NCBI GenBank assembly: GCA_029856365.1
Contig: JAHQWW010000040.1
Span: 1-27,571, forward strand
Direction of reading: 5' to 3'
Origin: Candidatus Hodarchaeota archaeon
GTDB lineage: Archaea > Asgardarchaeota > Heimdallarchaeia > Hodarchaeales > Hodarchaeaceae
Length of the DNA stretch: 27,571 nucleotides
Shown: one piece after another, positions 16,616 through 26,758 of the stretch
Numbering within the stretch: the first letter of the stretch is position 1
Layout of the letters: every line of letters starts with the position of its first letter
Made by a program: the position numbers and the translations under genes
The notes under the pieces: generated by a model
The model's database searches: none
What the model was told of the DNA's origin: nothing
The model's input: the letters and a program-made list of their open reading frames with translations, nothing else

Positions 16616-18748
16616 TTAAAGCTCTTGAAGTTCACTCACTAATTCTTCAGCAATTATTTTGGGTGATGGAAATCTAACACGATTGGCAAACAGTTCTTGG
16701 CGCTGGATTGTTTCTCCTTGTACTTCCTGTGTTTGTAACTGAACTCGTCCTTGAATAAGTACAGTTTTTCCTTCAGCTTCTTGTTGTACTATGGTAAAAA
16801 TTTCATCATCAGTTAACCCATTCTCTAGTAGCTTCTGAATATCATTACTTCCCATTCCTGTGAGAATTTCTCCTGAAAGGCCGAAGAATACAGTTCTCAT
16901 TGTACTAGTCCCATCATCGAGTGTTCCTGTGAGTCGAAATCGTATTTGTGGCTGTACAATCTGGTGTTCTTGACAAATCCACCCCGCGTCTGTTTCTATT
17001 ACTTTTTTTCGACATTGAGGACAGGAACGATAATAAGGACTCTGTTGAAAAAGCTTGACGACTTTTCCAAGTACTTCTATCGTAGTCCCGTCTTCATCTT
17101 CTGACAGATCAGAAAGTTGTACTTTATGATAATCAGGGAGAGATTGAGTAGTAGGTTGTTCTTCCTCAACGATTTCAATACTTCTTAAGGTAATGGGAAC
17201 CCGTGAAGATGGGCGGACATGACTTTGAGGAGATAAATGAATTTCTATTGCATCAGTGTCTTTTTGTTGAACCCTACCAAAAAATATCTTGACAAATTTC
17301 ATCTCTTTTTCTTGAATCGATGTTATGTGCTCAACATCATCATCCCAAGCAACCACTCGAATCGATCCCGTGGAGTCTTGAATTGACATTGAAGTTACAC
17401 GTCCAGTGCTTCCATCGGAGCGATTGAACTCCCTTTCTTCAAAGACGTTTTTAATTACTCCTTGAACACATACTAGACCCTGCTGAGGTCTAATCTCTGT
17501 AATATTTTGAAGTGGAGGATCTTCGGGAATTTGGGAAGAATCAAGCGGGATAAATTCGGTTTCAGCTATTGTGTGTAATTCTATCGTCTTATATCTTGAC
17601 ATATTGACCCGTAATTTCTTTATTTGAAAAGGTTCATCCCCTAAATCATCAAACTTTGGGATGGCTTCATTCCAAAGTACCAATGTTGTCACACTTGTTT
17701 CATCATATATGGCTGCTCTTTTCACAGATCCAGTTGACCCATCATTTCGTGTAAAGCTACTTAAATTACTTACAGGACCCTTCCGAGCATCAATTGTAAC
17801 TAATCCATCAGTTGGTTCTATTTCAGCAAGCTTTTTTTCTGTTGCTTCACCCACAACTCGTTCGGAAACCATTGTTTCATCAATACTAGGCAATGATTTA
17901 TGGCCTATTTTGGTGATATAGGTCACTCGTGAGGTATGTATTTCAGGTCTCCCGTCTCGATCTAATTTAACATTTGCAGCTTGGATTAAAATTTCATCTC
18001 CCCGCGTGAAATTAAATGCCGATTCTGCACGATCATCCCAGAGCACCATTCTGCGCGTTGCCTTTTCACCTCTGAGAAACAAGTTTGACACACGGCCCTC
18101 CGTTCCATCCGAGTGGTTAAAGGTAACAAGATTTCCTACTTTATAGATTGTAGCTTTGACGTCAATTTCCAGCATTTCCTCATCTAATGAGTCTAAGCTT
18201 AGGATTTCATCTTCAGGGTCTGGAAAATTTTCAGTTTTTGTCTCAGTATCCAGTTCTAATAAACCACGATCTCCAAGATGAAGCTCTAATTCTTGGTTCC
18301 TCCCTAATTTAGTATATCCCTGCTTAATATTAACAATGGAGCCTCTTTCAATCTGTTTTTCTGTAATACGACGAGCCATTGCACCCCAGAGAACGGTACG
18401 GATACTGTCGGTTCCATCATGTAATAGAATAGGCGCTAAAATTCCTTTAGTGCCTTCTCTAACGAATTCAATGGGATGATAAACTCGTAATATAATTGCG
18501 GCAAGACCTACCCCTGATAAGCCTGGTTCCATCTTTTTAAGACTTTTAATTGTAAGTTTGGGCCTTTTCTTTAACTCTGGACGACCGAGAGGAACATTTA
18601 GGTCTTTTGCGATAATGTGAGCCGCTGCAATGTCATTCACAAAGAATCCTAGTTCTTTTTGTTTTTCCTCAATTCTCTTCTTGATTTCAGCCCGAGAAAG
18701 TCCAGCTTTTTGAGAGATTTTTTGCATTAACTCTTCTATATTACTCAA
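16616..18748 (-). CDS. rpa: Replication protein A large subunit (multiple OB folds plus zinc finger)
   Basis: Repeated F.R.DG..G.V...D.T....LW OB motifs (4 copies), C-terminal OB fold with CPQC...CQEH and LDDGT; GAGGAG SD before TTG. Confidence 0.9.
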   Translation of the reverse strand: MSNIEELMQKISQKAGLSRAEIKKRIEEKQKELGFFVNDIAAAHIIAKDLNVPLGRPELKKRPKLTIKSLKKMEPGLSGVGLAAIILRVYHPIEFVREGTKGILAPILLHDGTDSIRTVLWGAMARRITEKQIERGSIVNIKQGYTKLGRNQELELHLGDRGLLELDTETKTENFPDPEDEILSLDSLDEEMLEIDVKATIYKVGNLVTFNHSDGTEGRVSNLFLRGEKATRRMVLWDDRAESAFNFTRGDEILIQAANVKLDRDGRPEIHTSRVTYITKIGHKSLPSIDETMVSERVVGEATEKKLAEIEPTDGLVTIDARKGPVSNLSSFTRNDGSTGSVKRAAIYDETSVTTLVLWNEAIPKFDDLGDEPFQIKKLRVNMSRYKTIELHTIAETEFIPLDSSQIPEDPPLQNITEIRPQQGLVCVQGVIKNVFEEREFNRSDGSTGRVTSMSIQDSTGSIRVVAWDDDVEHITSIQEKEMKFVKIFFGRVQQKDTDAIEIHLSPQSHVRPSSRVPITLRSIEIVEEEQPTTQSLPDYHKVQLSDLSEDEDGTTIEVLGKVVKLFQQSPYYRSCPQCRKKVIETDAGWICQEHQIVQPQIRFRLTGTLDDGTSTMRTVFFGLSGEILTGMGSNDIQKLLENGLTDDEIFTIVQQEAEGKTVLIQGRVQLQTQEVQGETIQRQELFANRVRFPSPKIIAEELVSELQEL

Positions 18749-18907
18749 ATTTAGCTCCTCATTTCTATTCTAGTGAAAAGACAGTCATTAATGAATTGAG
18801 CTTTATCTCAACTTAAATATTAATTAGCTTTTATTTTGTTGTAGAATTGTCTTCGATTATTTTCATTCAGTGATTGATATAATTCTCTTTTATATTTATA
18901 AAAATTA

Positions 18908-19498
18908 TTACCAATGTTGATAATTTGACCCCAGTTCCTGAACTACTAATTCTTTAACCCTATTTCGCAATGTACGGCATCCTATCTTAGTTTTTAGTGA
19001 TATAAGGAAAAAATCAAACTCGGGAAGATCATATGACTTTAATAATGCAATATTTTGTTCTATCAATGTTGTCGTAATTTTGTCAATTTTATTTAGTACA
19101 ACCACTGGAGGAAGATATGTTCTTTCTGCTATGAATTGAATCATCTCGATATCTAAAGGGATAACCCCTTTTTTTTCTAAACTGGTTACCATGTTATGGA
19201 AGGTAGATATATCAATGATATGGATGACGAACAGTAATTGATTTGAGGGATCCTCCAAAAAAAGGATGATTTCATCTTTAATTTGGTCTTCGATTTTTTT
19301 TGACCGTTTTGTTATCCTTCCAAATCCTGGAAGATCTATTAGAAATAGGTTCTTAACAAGGGGTACAGATGCTATACTCAAAGTTGTCCCAGCATGTTTT
19401 CCAACGGGTCGTTTTGAGTGACTTAGATAATTTACTAAAGAGGTTTTACCTGCATTTGGACGGCCCGAAATTGGTATCAGGTGGATAAAAGTCATCAT
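18908..19498 (-). CDS. engB: EngB/YsxC-family GTPase
   Basis: GRPNAGKTS, GKHAGTT, IDLPGFG, PLDIEM, NKID. Confidence 0.88.
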   Translation of the reverse strand: MMTFIHLIPISGRPNAGKTSLVNYLSHSKRPVGKHAGTTLSIASVPLVKNLFLIDLPGFGRITKRSKKIEDQIKDEIILFLEDPSNQLLFVIHIIDISTFHNMVTSLEKKGVIPLDIEMIQFIAERTYLPPVVVLNKIDKITTTLIEQNIALLKSYDLPEFDFFLISLKTKIGCRTLRNRVKELVVQELGSNYQHW

Positions 19499-19516
19499 TA
19501 AAACTTAAGCAATTAC

Positions 19517-19798
19517 TTAGTTAACAGTATCATCAGAGCTAGTAAAATTGTTATTATCATTTTCTTCCATTAGTAATTCGTCTAACCAGTCACCATATAC
19601 ATCAACACGTTCTTCAATAGGACGCATTGGTCGGGTTGCCTGAACCTTACATTTTCCGCATCGAATTATTGCTACCTTAATTTTCCTATTAACCTCAATG
19701 TGAACTGACTTCCCAGTCCCGCATATAGGGCAATCGAACACAGTTGGAAGCGTTGGAATAGGTTTAGTACGAACAATTCTTTTTCTTTTCCGACCCAA
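19517..19798 (-). CDS. elf1: Transcription elongation factor Elf1
   Basis: MGRKRK...LPTVFDCPIC...CGKC...VDVYGDWLD. Confidence 0.92.
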   Translation of the reverse strand: MGRKRKRIVRTKPIPTLPTVFDCPICGTGKSVHIEVNRKIKVAIIRCGKCKVQATRPMRPIEERVDVYGDWLDELLMEENDNNNFTSSDDTVN

Positions 19799-19810
19799 CA
19801 GGTTTCTCTC

Positions 19811-21037
19811 CTACTTTTTCCTTCGACGATGATGCTTCTTGATTTGCTTTAGTCGCCTATCACGTCGTGATTCCTTGGAAGGAGGACTAGATTCAATAGA
19901 GCTAGTTTCTATAGCTTTATCGGTAGACTTAGGTGCAGCTACTATTTCTTCTCCTGACTTTACGATCAGAATTTTTCGTCCAGATCCGATAAAAAATAAT
20001 AGACTTCCGCCTAGTAAGAAGAAACTGGCCATAACAACTATTAATATTATTATAAAGAATAAGATCTGTTCTGGAACAACCGAGGGAGAAGGAGTCTCAG
20101 AACCCGCCTCTGCTAACCAATCAAAAATATTTAACCATAGGAGTGAATTGTTTTCGCTATTATACCAAGAAGAATTTTCGAAAGGTCGTCCTTCGGGAAT
20201 CAAATCACTAAACATGATACTAGATCCCCCCAATAAAACGCGAGTATCATCCCAGTGTTTTTCCAGTTCCTGCATCGCCTCCCCAGAGGCTCTGAACAAA
20301 ATAATATCTGAAGAACCTGAACTAATCTTCCCTGATATGGTCTTGGCAACAGCCTCCGGAGGGGCAACAATGACTTTTTCATCTTTATTTGGATCTGATT
20401 TATCGGTTTCAATGACAGAACATGTAGAAGTAACAATGGAAGTAATATTTTTGCCAATTGATAAAATGTTGTGATCGGTACAATTCAAATCGAGGATTAA
20501 GTACTTAGAATCCCCCACATTTGAAAACTCATTATGAATAACATCAGTTGGTAAATAATTGGTAACATTCTCTGTATAAACCCAAAATTCACCCATCTCC
20601 CATGAATACTCAAGAGACAATAAAAGATCATTTAAAATGTCTCCACGACCGTTTAATGTTTTATTATCTTCATCCAATGGGTTTGCCAACAACATCATTC
20701 CCTTTCCTTGCGAAAGGAATTTGTTAATATAATGCTGTTCTGCTTCTAAGAAATATTTTTGTGGATTTGTTGAAATAAATATATTAACCCCTTCAAAACT
20801 AGTACTGTTGATTTCCCCTTTATTAAAAACTATCTTCATAGATTTATTAACTATTAAATCCGAAATTGCTTGACGATATATTGAATGATTGAAGAATTGT
20901 CCATGTCCTTCATCAAATAGGACGATAATTGGATTTTCTAAGGCTGAGTCATCAGCTCCAACTGTTAAAACATTATTAAGACTAAATATAATACATATTA
21001 TTGCGTAAAGGATAATATGTTTTGATTTTACGGACAT
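19811..21037 (-). CDS. Secreted, C-terminally anchored GIFT/DUF4350-like (GldG/IFT52-type) protein
   Basis: Signal peptide, VLFDEGHGQ, FLSQGKGMMLL, RVLLGGSS.MF, NSLLWLNIFDWL, C-terminal TM, basic tail, many N-x-S/T sequons. Confidence 0.65.
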   Translation of the reverse strand: MSVKSKHIILYAIICIIFSLNNVLTVGADDSALENPIIVLFDEGHGQFFNHSIYRQAISDLIVNKSMKIVFNKGEINSTSFEGVNIFISTNPQKYFLEAEQHYINKFLSQGKGMMLLANPLDEDNKTLNGRGDILNDLLLSLEYSWEMGEFWVYTENVTNYLPTDVIHNEFSNVGDSKYLILDLNCTDHNILSIGKNITSIVTSTCSVIETDKSDPNKDEKVIVAPPEAVAKTISGKISSGSSDIILFRASGEAMQELEKHWDDTRVLLGGSSIMFSDLIPEGRPFENSSWYNSENNSLLWLNIFDWLAEAGSETPSPSVVPEQILFFIIILIVVMASFFLLGGSLLFFIGSGRKILIVKSGEEIVAAPKSTDKAIETSSIESSPPSKESRRDRRLKQIKKHHRRRKK

Positions 21038-21286
21038 GGTATCTTCCTCAACTTTTCAATGACTCTTGTTAATTGGGAAGTTCCAATAAACGGGTGAATT
21101 TTCAAAAAAGAGGTAAATAGATATTATCTTTTGTGTCTTTTCTTCATAAGAATTGTTAATATCTCCAAATAACAACAACTAAAAATACCAACGAATTCCC
21201 CTCTAGTTGATTTAAAAAAGGAATTAAGATGGATTTACACTTATTAGCTTAAAACTATCCAAATAGAGACAGTTGGAGAAAGAAAT

Positions 21287-21733
21287 ATGGTTACTGCACA
21301 AATGATTCCCAGTGAATTATTGATAAAAGCAATTTCAGAGGAACTAAAGTCTAATAATAAGATATTTCAACCCCCTAAATGGGGTGATTTTGTTAAGCTC
21401 AGTGTTACTCGAGAAAATGCGCCAGAACAGAGAAAAGATTGGTGGTTCATCCGTGTTGCTTCAATTTTAAGGAAAATCTATCTGCACGGGCCAGTGGGAG
21501 TGATGCACATAAGAAAAATGTATGGGGGAAAACGGAACAGAGGAAGTAAACCGGAGAAAACAGCTAGAGGTTCTGGTGCCATTATTCGGCGTGCAATTCA
21601 TCAGTTAGAAAAAGGAGGCTATGTTACATTAGTTGCAGGAGATGGAAGGATTGTTACTCCAACTGGCCGAAGTTTCGTTGATAATGTGGCATTTAAAGTT
21701 AAGCAACAGCTTCCTGAACTTTCAAATTATTAG
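21287..21733 (+). CDS. rps19e: 30S ribosomal protein S19e (eS19)
   Basis: PPKWGDFVK, DWWFIRVASILRKIY, YGG..NRG, GSGAIIR. Confidence 0.96.
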   Translation: MVTAQMIPSELLIKAISEELKSNNKIFQPPKWGDFVKLSVTRENAPEQRKDWWFIRVASILRKIYLHGPVGVMHIRKMYGGKRNRGSKPEKTARGSGAIIRRAIHQLEKGGYVTLVAGDGRIVTPTGRSFVDNVAFKVKQQLPELSNY

Positions 21734-21900
21734 TTCGAGAAAAAACAGAATCTGTTTTATTTATATAAAAACGTAAAATACCAGAGAAAATCTTAATAAT
21801 TCTTACTCGGAAAAAATAATGAATGCTTAAAAAAAGTGTAATAATCTTAAGTAATCGGATAATGGGAGTATTTAAAGGCCTTAAAAGAGTGTAAATACCA

Positions 21901-22242
21901 ATGGCTGAAGAAGATCCTGAATTGGCAGCACTTCGGAAAAGAAAGCTTGCGCAAATGCAAAATGAGCAATTTGCTCAACAACAGGCGGAGGAACAACAAC
22001 GTCAAATTGAGAACCAACGTCAAGCAATCCTAAAAGGAATACTAACGGGTAAAGCACGAGAAAGGCTTGCCAATATCAAGTTAGCGAAACCAGAGTACGC
22101 AACAACATTAGAAAACCAATTGATTCAACTTGCCCAAACAAGACGGGTCTCTGACAAAATTAGTGACGATCAATTACGACAGCTTTTAAGACAATTAACC
22201 AAAACAAAACGAGAAAGCAAAATTACTTTCAAACGCAGATGA
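21901..22242 (+). CDS. PDCD5/TFAR19-family DNA-binding protein
   Basis: ELAALRKRKL...ARERLANIKLAKPE...LENQLIQLAQ...ISDDQLRQLL...ITFKRR; conserved position after rps19e. Confidence 0.92.
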   Translation: MAEEDPELAALRKRKLAQMQNEQFAQQQAEEQQRQIENQRQAILKGILTGKARERLANIKLAKPEYATTLENQLIQLAQTRRVSDKISDDQLRQLLRQLTKTKRESKITFKRR

Positions 22243-22709
22243 ATCTAGGGTTATTACTGATGACAACGGTTGTTCAGTTCTCATGGTCACGATTGGAGGG
22301 ATTAGGGCTGATCACTGTTGCCCTAGGTTGGGGATTTCTAGCTCAATTACCCCCTATATTTTTTACTTTGACCTTACTCCATTTCAGTCTTGAAAAGTAT
22401 TTTATTGCCATGACTGGAACCATTCTAGGAACAAGTATTATTCTTGCAACACTTTCCTGTTCGCTTGCAGAGGATTGGGATGATTTAACTTTTCCTACCG
22501 TAAGAAACGTGACGACATCCTCTCTTTCTCTTATTTTTATCTTCATTTGTGGATTTTTCCTTTTCTTTCTCCTTGAACCGATTTTCCCATCAGAATTCAC
22601 TAACTTGGATTCAACTCAGAGATATTTTTCTGCTATGGCGTTAGCGTTAACACTTGTCGGAATATTCACCTTTATAGTATATAAAGCTAAAAGCTTTTTT
22701 GTTAAGTAA
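22239..22709 (+). CDS. Hypothetical 4-TM membrane protein
   Basis: Four hydrophobic segments; ATGA overlap with the PDCD5 stop codon. Confidence 0.65.
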   Translation: MNLGLLLMTTVVQFSWSRLEGLGLITVALGWGFLAQLPPIFFTLTLLHFSLEKYFIAMTGTILGTSIILATLSCSLAEDWDDLTFPTVRNVTTSSLSLIFIFICGFFLFFLLEPIFPSEFTNLDSTQRYFSAMALALTLVGIFTFIVYKAKSFFVK

Positions 22710-22945
22710 ATTCTTTCTCAACACTTAACATGTGCTATAGCCTGATAAATTCATAGTTGTAATATCCGAAAACTCTGTTTATCGTTTGTTAGTTCTTTAT
22801 TGATGGTTTTGTAGCCATTTTTCTAAATCTATTTCCATTTAAGAAACAGCTATCATCAACATTCGTTTTGACAAAAAGTAAATAATCCAGATCTAAAGTT
22901 ACTATTATCAATATCTTATATTTTGTACTTGCCTAGGTATTTAAT

Positions 22946-23737
22946 ATGCCTGATTTTATAAAAGAAATAGTGACAGAATCTAAATTATGCTCAATAATCT
23001 ATTCTTATGACGAAGTAAGCTCAACCAACAATCTAGCTAGAAAATTGATTGAAGAAAAAAATCAAATTGGATTTGTAATTGTTGCAGAAACACAGACAGC
23101 TGGTAAAGGTCAAGGAGGGAGGGTTTGGGAGTCACCAAAAGGGGGATTATGGTGCTCAATAGCAATTCAACCCCAAATCGATCTATCATTATTAGGAGTG
23201 GTTCCTATTCTTTCAGCTGTAGGAATCGCGAATGCCTTCGAGACCTTCAATATTAAAACAATGCTAAAATGGCCCAATGATATTTTGATTAGATCCAATT
23301 TAAAGAAAATTGGGGGAATTCTAGTAGAGAGTAAGGTTTCACAACTTTCGTTGGAATATTTAATCATCGGAATTGGGCTAAATGTTAATAATACATTAGA
23401 CCAATACTCTATAACGCTTCGAGGACAAATTACAACTATTTATGAAGAGATTGAAAACGAACTTGACCTAGAATTATTGTTACAAAGAATCATTCTTCAG
23501 ATTGAAAATTCTTTCGAAATCTTAAGTACCTTCGGATCCCAATGCCTCCTTAATGAATGGAAACAAAAGGATAATATCCTTGGAATGGATGTAATTGTTC
23601 AAAGTCCTGAGGGAAAATATCAGGGCAGAGCAGTTGATATTTCTCCATATGGCCAATTGGTACTGGAAATTCCAGACTCTGTAAAAACTATAATTTCTAA
23701 TGGTACGATAATTCTTCCAAGGATTAAAAAGGAATAA
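22946..23737 (+). CDS. birA: Biotin-protein ligase without HTH domain
   Basis: SSTN, AETQTAGKGQGGRVWESP, KWPND, KKIGGIL, IGIGLNVN. Confidence 0.93.
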   Translation: MPDFIKEIVTESKLCSIIYSYDEVSSTNNLARKLIEEKNQIGFVIVAETQTAGKGQGGRVWESPKGGLWCSIAIQPQIDLSLLGVVPILSAVGIANAFETFNIKTMLKWPNDILIRSNLKKIGGILVESKVSQLSLEYLIIGIGLNVNNTLDQYSITLRGQITTIYEEIENELDLELLLQRIILQIENSFEILSTFGSQCLLNEWKQKDNILGMDVIVQSPEGKYQGRAVDISPYGQLVLEIPDSVKTIISNGTIILPRIKKE

Positions 23738-23970
23738 TCAATATGAAAGTGTCAAGTACTCTCAAAACAAAGAAGATAAGGCATACTAATAAAGAGGAAA
23801 GAGCTATTAAATAAGCGAAAAAGAGAAAAATTATATTTACAAAAAAGTGGGGCGAATGTTTTTAAGACCCCCAAGATGTTTAACTAATTTTAGAAATTTC
23901 AGAATCTAAAAAGGATAATTTTCCTACAAGGACGGTTACTGTTCTAAGGATATAGAACTGAGGTAATTTT

Positions 23971-24525
23971 ATGTTTTATAATCTAATAAAGGGAGAAAAT
24001 ACAGTTCTTAGAGGCTTGATTGCGGAGGAATTTGCTCGATATATTCTTTCTCTGCGTTTTCCAATTCTAGTAGTACGACCTTCAACCGCTCTCAGATATT
24101 TAGAAACAACAACAGTTCAAGGGAGAAATGTCGATTTTTTACGAAAAAACCAAAAAACAATGGATTTTTTGGGAATAACTCCGTTCTTCCCAAGTGATGA
24201 ACTTCAATTGACACCAAAAGAATTAGTACACAGGTTTTTCTATGAGAGAGAAGGATTAAATCGCTATCTAATGAATGGAACCTGTTTTAATCAACTTAAG
24301 GGATTTGTTATCGAGGTAAAATCTCGTACATCTACAAATTCGTGGGCACCTTTTCAGTTTTCATTTTCCTCTAATCAAAAGGAAATGTTTGACCAAATTG
24401 AAACACATGATTTTGAAATCATATTATGTGGTGTCACATTTACTTCGGATTGGAACCTTTCTGTTGTTTTTTGTGATAGTAATCAAAAAATTCTTTCAGA
24501 TGATTTCTTTGTCATAGATCAATAA
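23971..24525 (+). CDS. Hypothetical protein, probable PD-(D/E)xK nuclease fold
   Basis: GLIAEEFA...MDFLG...FVIEVKSR...FSSNQ fits the E...D...ExK...Q pattern. Confidence 0.55.
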   Translation: MFYNLIKGENTVLRGLIAEEFARYILSLRFPILVVRPSTALRYLETTTVQGRNVDFLRKNQKTMDFLGITPFFPSDELQLTPKELVHRFFYEREGLNRYLMNGTCFNQLKGFVIEVKSRTSTNSWAPFQFSFSSNQKEMFDQIETHDFEIILCGVTFTSDWNLSVVFCDSNQKILSDDFFVIDQ

Positions 24526-25675
24526 ACACTGGATGAGAGTTCGTAACCATTTGAGGCCCTTTTGAGGTAATTATAACATCATTTTCAAGTCTAAATCCAC
24601 CCACATCCTTTTCATAAATTCCAGGTTCAATCGTAAAGACCATACCCCTTTTTACTGGTGTATCAGTCCAGTTATTCAATAATACCTCATGAGTTGGTCT
24701 TCTTCTCAAATCAGGTGAATCATGAACAGTCAATCCGATACCATGTCCCAGCCCATGAGGCATTTAGAAATTTTTTGATTCTATTATCTTTATTGCAACT
24801 TCTGCAACTTCATGGAGAAAATTTACCTCTTTTAGAGCATCAATTGCCTCATAGTGGGCGTACTCTACTGTTTCAACAATCAATTTCATTTTATTATTCA
24901 TTTTCCCAACAACAAAGGGCAAAGTGACATCTGAAGTAAGACCCTCTGCATTCACTCCAAAATCAATCAAAGCTAAGCCAGGACGATACATTGATAATTG
25001 GTCAGCACGGGGATATGTATGAATTTGCCAAGATCTTGCACTACTTGCTACCAAAGTTTCAAAACCTGGTCCAAATGCCCCTAACTTTCGCATCTGATTA
25101 TCAACGAAGATTGCTAGATCAATTTCAGACTCAATATTGCTCTGGGAGCGAGTAGTCATAGATTTCTCTATCTCGTTTACAAGATGATTACTTATACTGA
25201 CTGACTTTTTTAAGAGGGTAATTTCATGATAAGATTTTATCGATCGTAGCTTTTCGAGTATTGAATCAATTTCTTGTGGATTATATATTATTTCAGCGTT
25301 TGGTATTTGATCAATTATCGTACGAACGTTATAGTATGGAATCGCTTTTGGAACACCAATATTTGGATTTGAATTCACGATACTCTTTAGGGTCTCATGA
25401 ATTGCAGGTATTAACCCACCATCGTATTCCATGATATTAATTACTTGATCTACCTCTGCAAAGTCATTTGCTAATTGGTAATCCCAAGGAACTAGAATTG
25501 TTTGTCGATTTTTGACATCTATGAATAAACTCGCATCCTCAGGATGCCCTGTAAGATATTTTAAATTCACATCTCTGTGATCTTCCGAATCCCTAATATA
25601 AAGAACATCTAATCTCAAGTTTTCTAATCTGTCAAATAATTCAGCTAGCTTTTCCTTTGTCACAAACCGAGTCAA
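24512..25675 (-). pseudogene. Xaa-Pro aminopeptidase (M24B) interrupted by one in-frame TAA at 24764-24766
   Basis: N-part has LKYLTG, LRSIKS..EI, IDFG...TSDVT. The same frame continues past the TAA with MPHGLGHGIGL.VHD, FTIEPGIY, GFRLEND. Confidence 0.75.
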
Positions 25676-25738
25676 TATTGATACACCTAATCAAATGAGA
25701 TTTCTTTTTACTTTAGTTTAATCTCGTGTGTTAATAAT

Positions 25739-26413
25739 TCACATGGTTTTCATAAGTTTTGCAATTTCAGCCATTATTAGGTCACTAATCTTTTGGGAGG
25801 TCTCTTTAGAACTTGGTAGCTTGTAATAATCTCTTAAATCAAGTGGTGGGCCGAATTTCACTTTTAATGTGATTTTTCTGGGGCCTCCTCCTAATGTAAA
25901 AGGTTTTCCTACTGGCATGGCAATTTCAGTATTCTTAACAGCACAGGGTAAGACTAAAGCTCTGGTAGAATGAGCTATCAATCCTGCTCCCAATTTTCCA
26001 GGTTGTAATTTTCCATCTTTGGTTCGAGCTCCCTCAGGAAAATAACTAACTGAACCCCCGCCTTTAATTACAGCAATGTGATGTTTAATTATATCCATGC
26101 TTTTAGAACCTTTAAAAACGGGAAAACAGTTCATACCTTGTAAGATTGGACGGAATAGGGGGAGTTTCCATAACTTAGCATCAGCTGGATAAAAAAAGGG
26201 TTTGTAAAAACGGGGGAATGCTGCTACGCCGACTAAAAATGGATCCAAGTGCGAACGGTGGTTTGACATAATTATAATCCCTTTATTATCCCAACCTTTG
26301 GCTGGGACATGCTTCTTTCCCCATACTTTTACTTTGTAACATATATGAAAGAAAGAAAGTAAGATTGGAATAGCATAAAGATGGAGCATAATTTTTGTTC
26401 GAATTTTGGCCAC
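25739..26413 (-). CDS. plsC: 1-acyl-sn-glycerol-3-phosphate acyltransferase (PlsC/LPLAT family)
   Basis: SNHRSHLDP (HxxxxD), YFPEGART, VLPCAV, VKFGPP. Confidence 0.9.
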   Translation of the reverse strand: MAKIRTKIMLHLYAIPILLSFFHICYKVKVWGKKHVPAKGWDNKGIIIMSNHRSHLDPFLVGVAAFPRFYKPFFYPADAKLWKLPLFRPILQGMNCFPVFKGSKSMDIIKHHIAVIKGGGSVSYFPEGARTKDGKLQPGKLGAGLIAHSTRALVLPCAVKNTEIAMPVGKPFTLGGGPRKITLKVKFGPPLDLRDYYKLPSSKETSQKISDLIMAEIAKLMKTM

Positions 26414-26524
26414 AATACACAGCCTTCTGTTTAAAACATAATATAAACTCCCTTTTAGGTACTTCTAAAAAAAATTATTTTTTAGATAAGTAGTATTCTT
26501 TTTTGAAACTGCCGATTCAAGCGT

Positions 26525-26758
26525 CTAATCGATTTTTATCTTGTACCTCTTTTTCTTAGGTCTAGTAGTAGGAACTTTTTTTGAACGTTGTGACTGAGAA
26601 ATTCGAGAGTGACTGAATTGTTTCTCAATGTTTCTGGCAGTCATTTGAGAAATTTTAGAAGTGATTAATTGTAATTCGGAGGTATTAGGACGATATTTCT
26701 TCAAGATCTCTTGAAATTCACGAAGAATCGAATTTACTTTGTCCTTTTCAATCGACAT
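26525..26758 (-). CDS. Small basic hypothetical protein
   Basis: 77-aa ORF with GAGGT upstream, helical N-terminus and Lys/Arg-rich tail. Confidence 0.55.
   Translation of the reverse strand: MSIEKDKVNSILREFQEILKKYRPNTSELQLITSKISQMTARNIEKQFSHSRISQSQRSKKVPTTRPKKKRYKIKID

Noticed and set aside
19839-20474. Long antisense ORFs (also 8979-9326, 11483-11902, 15454-15816, 17661-17921, 26970-27260)
   Set aside because: They lie opposite well-supported genes and show typical shadow-frame composition.
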